Shown here piece by piece: positions 15,960 through 18,517 of a stretch of 18,517 nucleotides of DNA. The notes beneath the pieces are model-generated. The model was not told the DNA's origin. It saw only the letters and a list, made by a program, of their open reading frames with translations, and did no database searches. Source of the stretch: Gemmatimonadota bacterium (GTDB lineage Bacteria > Latescibacterota > UBA2968 > UBA8231); NCBI GenBank assembly GCA_038153405.1, contig JAYOYH010000073.1:1-18517 (forward strand), in the 5' to 3' direction. Made by a program: the position numbers and the translations under genes. Position 1 is the first letter of the stretch. Each line of letters begins with the position of its first letter.

Positions 15960-18517
15960 TCCCCCTTAATACACGACACCAGAGTTAAGTAGCAGCGCAG
16001 CCCGGAGTTCGTTTATTGGTAATCGCCAAACTACCTCTAAACCAACCCATCCCGCAACTGCACTGTGAAGATAACCCATATACGTTGAAACGAGCGCTGG
16101 AGCAAATGCCTCATGTGTTTTACATCTATCAAAGAAACCTGTTGTGCCGTCTAGTGAATGCCCTAATCCAAATGCGCTCGGTCAACTCAAAAGCAGGCAG
16201 CGGTCCTATCCGAACTGGCCTAAGTCGATAGCCATTATCGCCGGATACAGCGTTTTTTCCGCAGCGACCTATCGCTGCAAGCCTTTGCCCAATTGTTAAA
16301 GCGCGCATTATACGAATGGGCAAAGAGGTTGGGACAGCCTTCTATTCTTTTCAAAACTAAGGATTTGACCTGAAAAAAATCGACTAAATCAACTCGAGCT
16401 CATGCAGCGACTAATGGGTGTGCGTTCCCTGTGTTTGTTGTGGGCTTTGCTGGTCGGAGAGGAAAAAGGGCAATAACTATTCGGGGCTACGCGCTATCCA
16501 TAGGGTGTAGTTATAGTGGTTATTTAATCTGGGATAGTATTTGAGTTGATTTGAGTGCTTCTTGGCTTTTCGGGGCAATAGCTAATACTTTTTGTAGCGA
16601 CTGATTTGCTCTGTTATAGTCTCCTTGCCTAAGATAGAGTTGTCCGAGAACATAATGCATTTTATGGTCTGTAGGATCCGTTTTAATTAGCTGGTTTACT
16701 ACTCTTACTGCTTCTTCAAAGTCTCCTTGTATGACTAGCGAACGACTTAAAGCTTTCAATCCATTAATCATATTGGGAGAAAATGTTAAAGCCTTTCTAT
16801 AAGCACCAATTGCCAATGAAGCATTACCGTACTTATTGAATCCATTGCCTAAATTATAAAAACCCTGAGCAATGATATTTGCATTAGATGAATTTAAAAT
16901 CATTGAAAGTTTGTTGTGCGATTGTGTGCTTATTAGCGAGTCACTACTTGTTGTATTGTACACAAGTTTATATATCCGAAAAGCTTCATTTTGAGCGTGT
17001 TTTTGCGTACATATATCGTGAATGATCGTAGAATCTAGTTGATTTAATGCCGTTATACTCAAGCGGTGACATGTATCTAGTAAAGGAATGATACTATGTC
17101 CTTTATAGATAGCTTTTTCAAAACAATCTACAGCAGAGGTTGGATTTTCTTTTTGTAAATAGAACCTACCTGAAGAGTAATACGATAGAGCTTCTGTTTT
17201 TTTTAGAAAAGTTACACTAGAAAGACCAATAAAAAAAACAATGAGTAGATATGCGACATATCCCCAATATTTTAGGTTTTTAACTATAAAATCAAAAAGG
17301 TCTTTTAGTATACAAGCGAATACTAGAGACGAACCTGCTGTTGCTAAGTAGAGATGACGAGAAGGGCCGTGGACCAAGTTTATATGAATCTCTTCGGAGA
17401 CTATTGTAAACGGTACAATAAATAGGATAACCCATGACATCCAAAAAGAGATTGGCTTAACTCGTCGATAGATTACATAGCAGAATACAGTTACAATTAA
17501 TCCACCTAGTATAACCTCCCAGAATTTCTGCTCATATAAGGGAAAAAATATCCAATGTGCAGTAGTAAATAATCTGCTAACCAGCCAAAAAAATACTCTT
17601 AATACTGAGGGAACGGTCGTTATTAGAGAACTTGATATTAGCTGACTTAGAGATTTATGAGTAGTCGCACCCCCGCTATCAGCTATTTGCAATAATAAAT
17701 AGGATATAAACAACAGCACTAGCGTGATAGGAATAAAAAAATACAAATAATGAAGTACGTTTTTATTGTTTATCCATAGCCAAGAAAATAAAAAAAGCAC
17801 TACTACAATCGATGCTTGATGAGTGCCAATGCCTAAAATAAAAAAAGAGCATGCTAGTATCAGCATCGCTCTTGAAGAAGAGTGATAGTATTTTATATAG
17901 CTAATTATGCCACATAGACTCCATATGAGTGCTAAAGGGTAGTCTGTGTTGACTATAGTATGAAACGCTCGAAAATGAGATACGTTTAATAAGAACAGCC
18001 ATCCACCTAACATACTTGCATGCAACGACATGCCAATGTAGATGGCTGTTATCGATAATAAAACACTGGCAAACGCATGTAATAAGACACAATACGCGTG
18101 GAATGTAGCTACATTATTTCCCCAAAGTAAAAAGCCAAACCATCTAAGTAGCTCAGAAAAAGGGCGACCAGGAGCAGAAAACTCCTTTTGCGCAGCAGGC
18201 AAAAAGAAGTAGGTAAATTCTTTGGCAATTTCATGATCTCTGAGAATTTCATCATCATGTGTATCTAGAGGAAGCTCTCTAAGGCTACCAAATGCAACAA
18301 GAGTAGTAAAAACAATTAGACCAATATAAACGAACCATACGTAAAGCTTATTTGAAACGTGTAGCATTGGTAGTTTTGTTGCCTGAGTCGGCATTGAGGC
18401 GTTGGGTGGTATCCCGTCTTTCCTTCAAAAAGTAACGGCGCGAAGTCCCTTCTGGACAAACAATTGTGAGTTCAACTTCTAAGTGCACCTTTCTGTGGGC
18501 GTGAACAAACAAAGGTC
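15960..18517. other. Low-GC segment, probable horizontally acquired region (right boundary not seen)
   Basis: Visible compositional shift, e.g. 16861-16920 has 19/60 G+C, with A/T-ending codons; no mobility gene in the window. Confidence 0.6.
16520..18394 (-). CDS. Polytopic membrane protein with C-terminal TPRs, TMTC-like GT-C glycosyltransferase candidate, 624 aa
   Basis: About 11-12 TM segments, acidic DTHDDE loop after TM1, GRP, SRHLYLA, then TPRs (FYNLG...YRKALTFSP; HYVLGQLYLRQGDY...VLAIAP). Start may instead be ATG 18367. Confidence 0.8.
   Translation of the reverse strand: MPTQATKLPMLHVSNKLYVWFVYIGLIVFTTLVAFGSLRELPLDTHDDEILRDHEIAKEFTYFFLPAAQKEFSAPGRPFSELLRWFGFLLWGNNVATFHAYCVLLHAFASVLLSITAIYIGMSLHASMLGGWLFLLNVSHFRAFHTIVNTDYPLALIWSLCGIISYIKYYHSSSRAMLILACSFFILGIGTHQASIVVVLFLFSWLWINNKNVLHYLYFFIPITLVLLFISYLLLQIADSGGATTHKSLSQLISSSLITTVPSVLRVFFWLVSRLFTTAHWIFFPLYEQKFWEVILGGLIVTVFCYVIYRRVKPISFWMSWVILFIVPFTIVSEEIHINLVHGPSRHLYLATAGSSLVFACILKDLFDFIVKNLKYWGYVAYLLIVFFIGLSSVTFLKKTEALSYYSSGRFYLQKENPTSAVDCFEKAIYKGHSIIPLLDTCHRLSITALNQLDSTIIHDICTQKHAQNEAFRIYKLVYNTTSSDSLISTQSHNKLSMILNSSNANIIAQGFYNLGNGFNKYGNASLAIGAYRKALTFSPNMINGLKALSRSLVIQGDFEEAVRVVNQLIKTDPTDHKMHYVLGQLYLRQGDYNRANQSLQKVLAIAPKSQEALKSTQILSQIK

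Noticed and set aside
16016..16323. Small ORFs 16016..16231 (+) and 16129..16323 (-)
   Set aside because: No RBS, no motifs, they overlap each other, and no transposase or integrase remnant is recognisable.
16462..16516. Possible terminator for the low-GC gene (ataacta/tagttat plus T-run on the - strand)
   Set aside because: AT-rich stem with a very large loop; too weak to call.
17197..17238. T8 and A8 homopolymers as phase-variation tracts
   Set aside because: Common in AT-rich membrane-protein genes, and the reading frame is intact.

Overview
Bacterial chromosomal window. About 1-15950 is high-GC (roughly 60-65% by eye) and holds 16 CDS. These are a secreted helical-repeat protein truncated by the left edge (absent from the ORF track), a conserved hypothetical protein, two coupled membrane-anchored coiled-coil proteins, three PhyH-family Fe(II)/2-oxoglutarate oxygenases around an LDH2/MDH2-family oxidoreductase and an M20 dipeptidase, gap, a membrane-anchored FGE-fold protein, a DtxR/MntR regulator, a BASS-family symporter, a sulfatase, a spermidine-synthase-like methyltransferase, a ProXp-ala-type tRNA editing factor and a PNPOx-like flavoprotein. 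From about 15960 the GC content falls, reaching about one third in a TMTC-like (GT-C) membrane protein with TPRs, which suggests foreign origin. No rRNA, tRNA, CRISPR, integrase or transposase was seen. Best leads: a PhyH protein with a halogenase-type H-x-A iron motif, a DtxR protein with altered metal ligands and a 4-Cys tail, a symporter resembling plastid BASS4, and the low-GC TMTC-like gene. The gene content recalls Latescibacterota/Poribacteria-type marine or sponge-associated bacteria (inference only). All family calls are motif recognition, not database searches.
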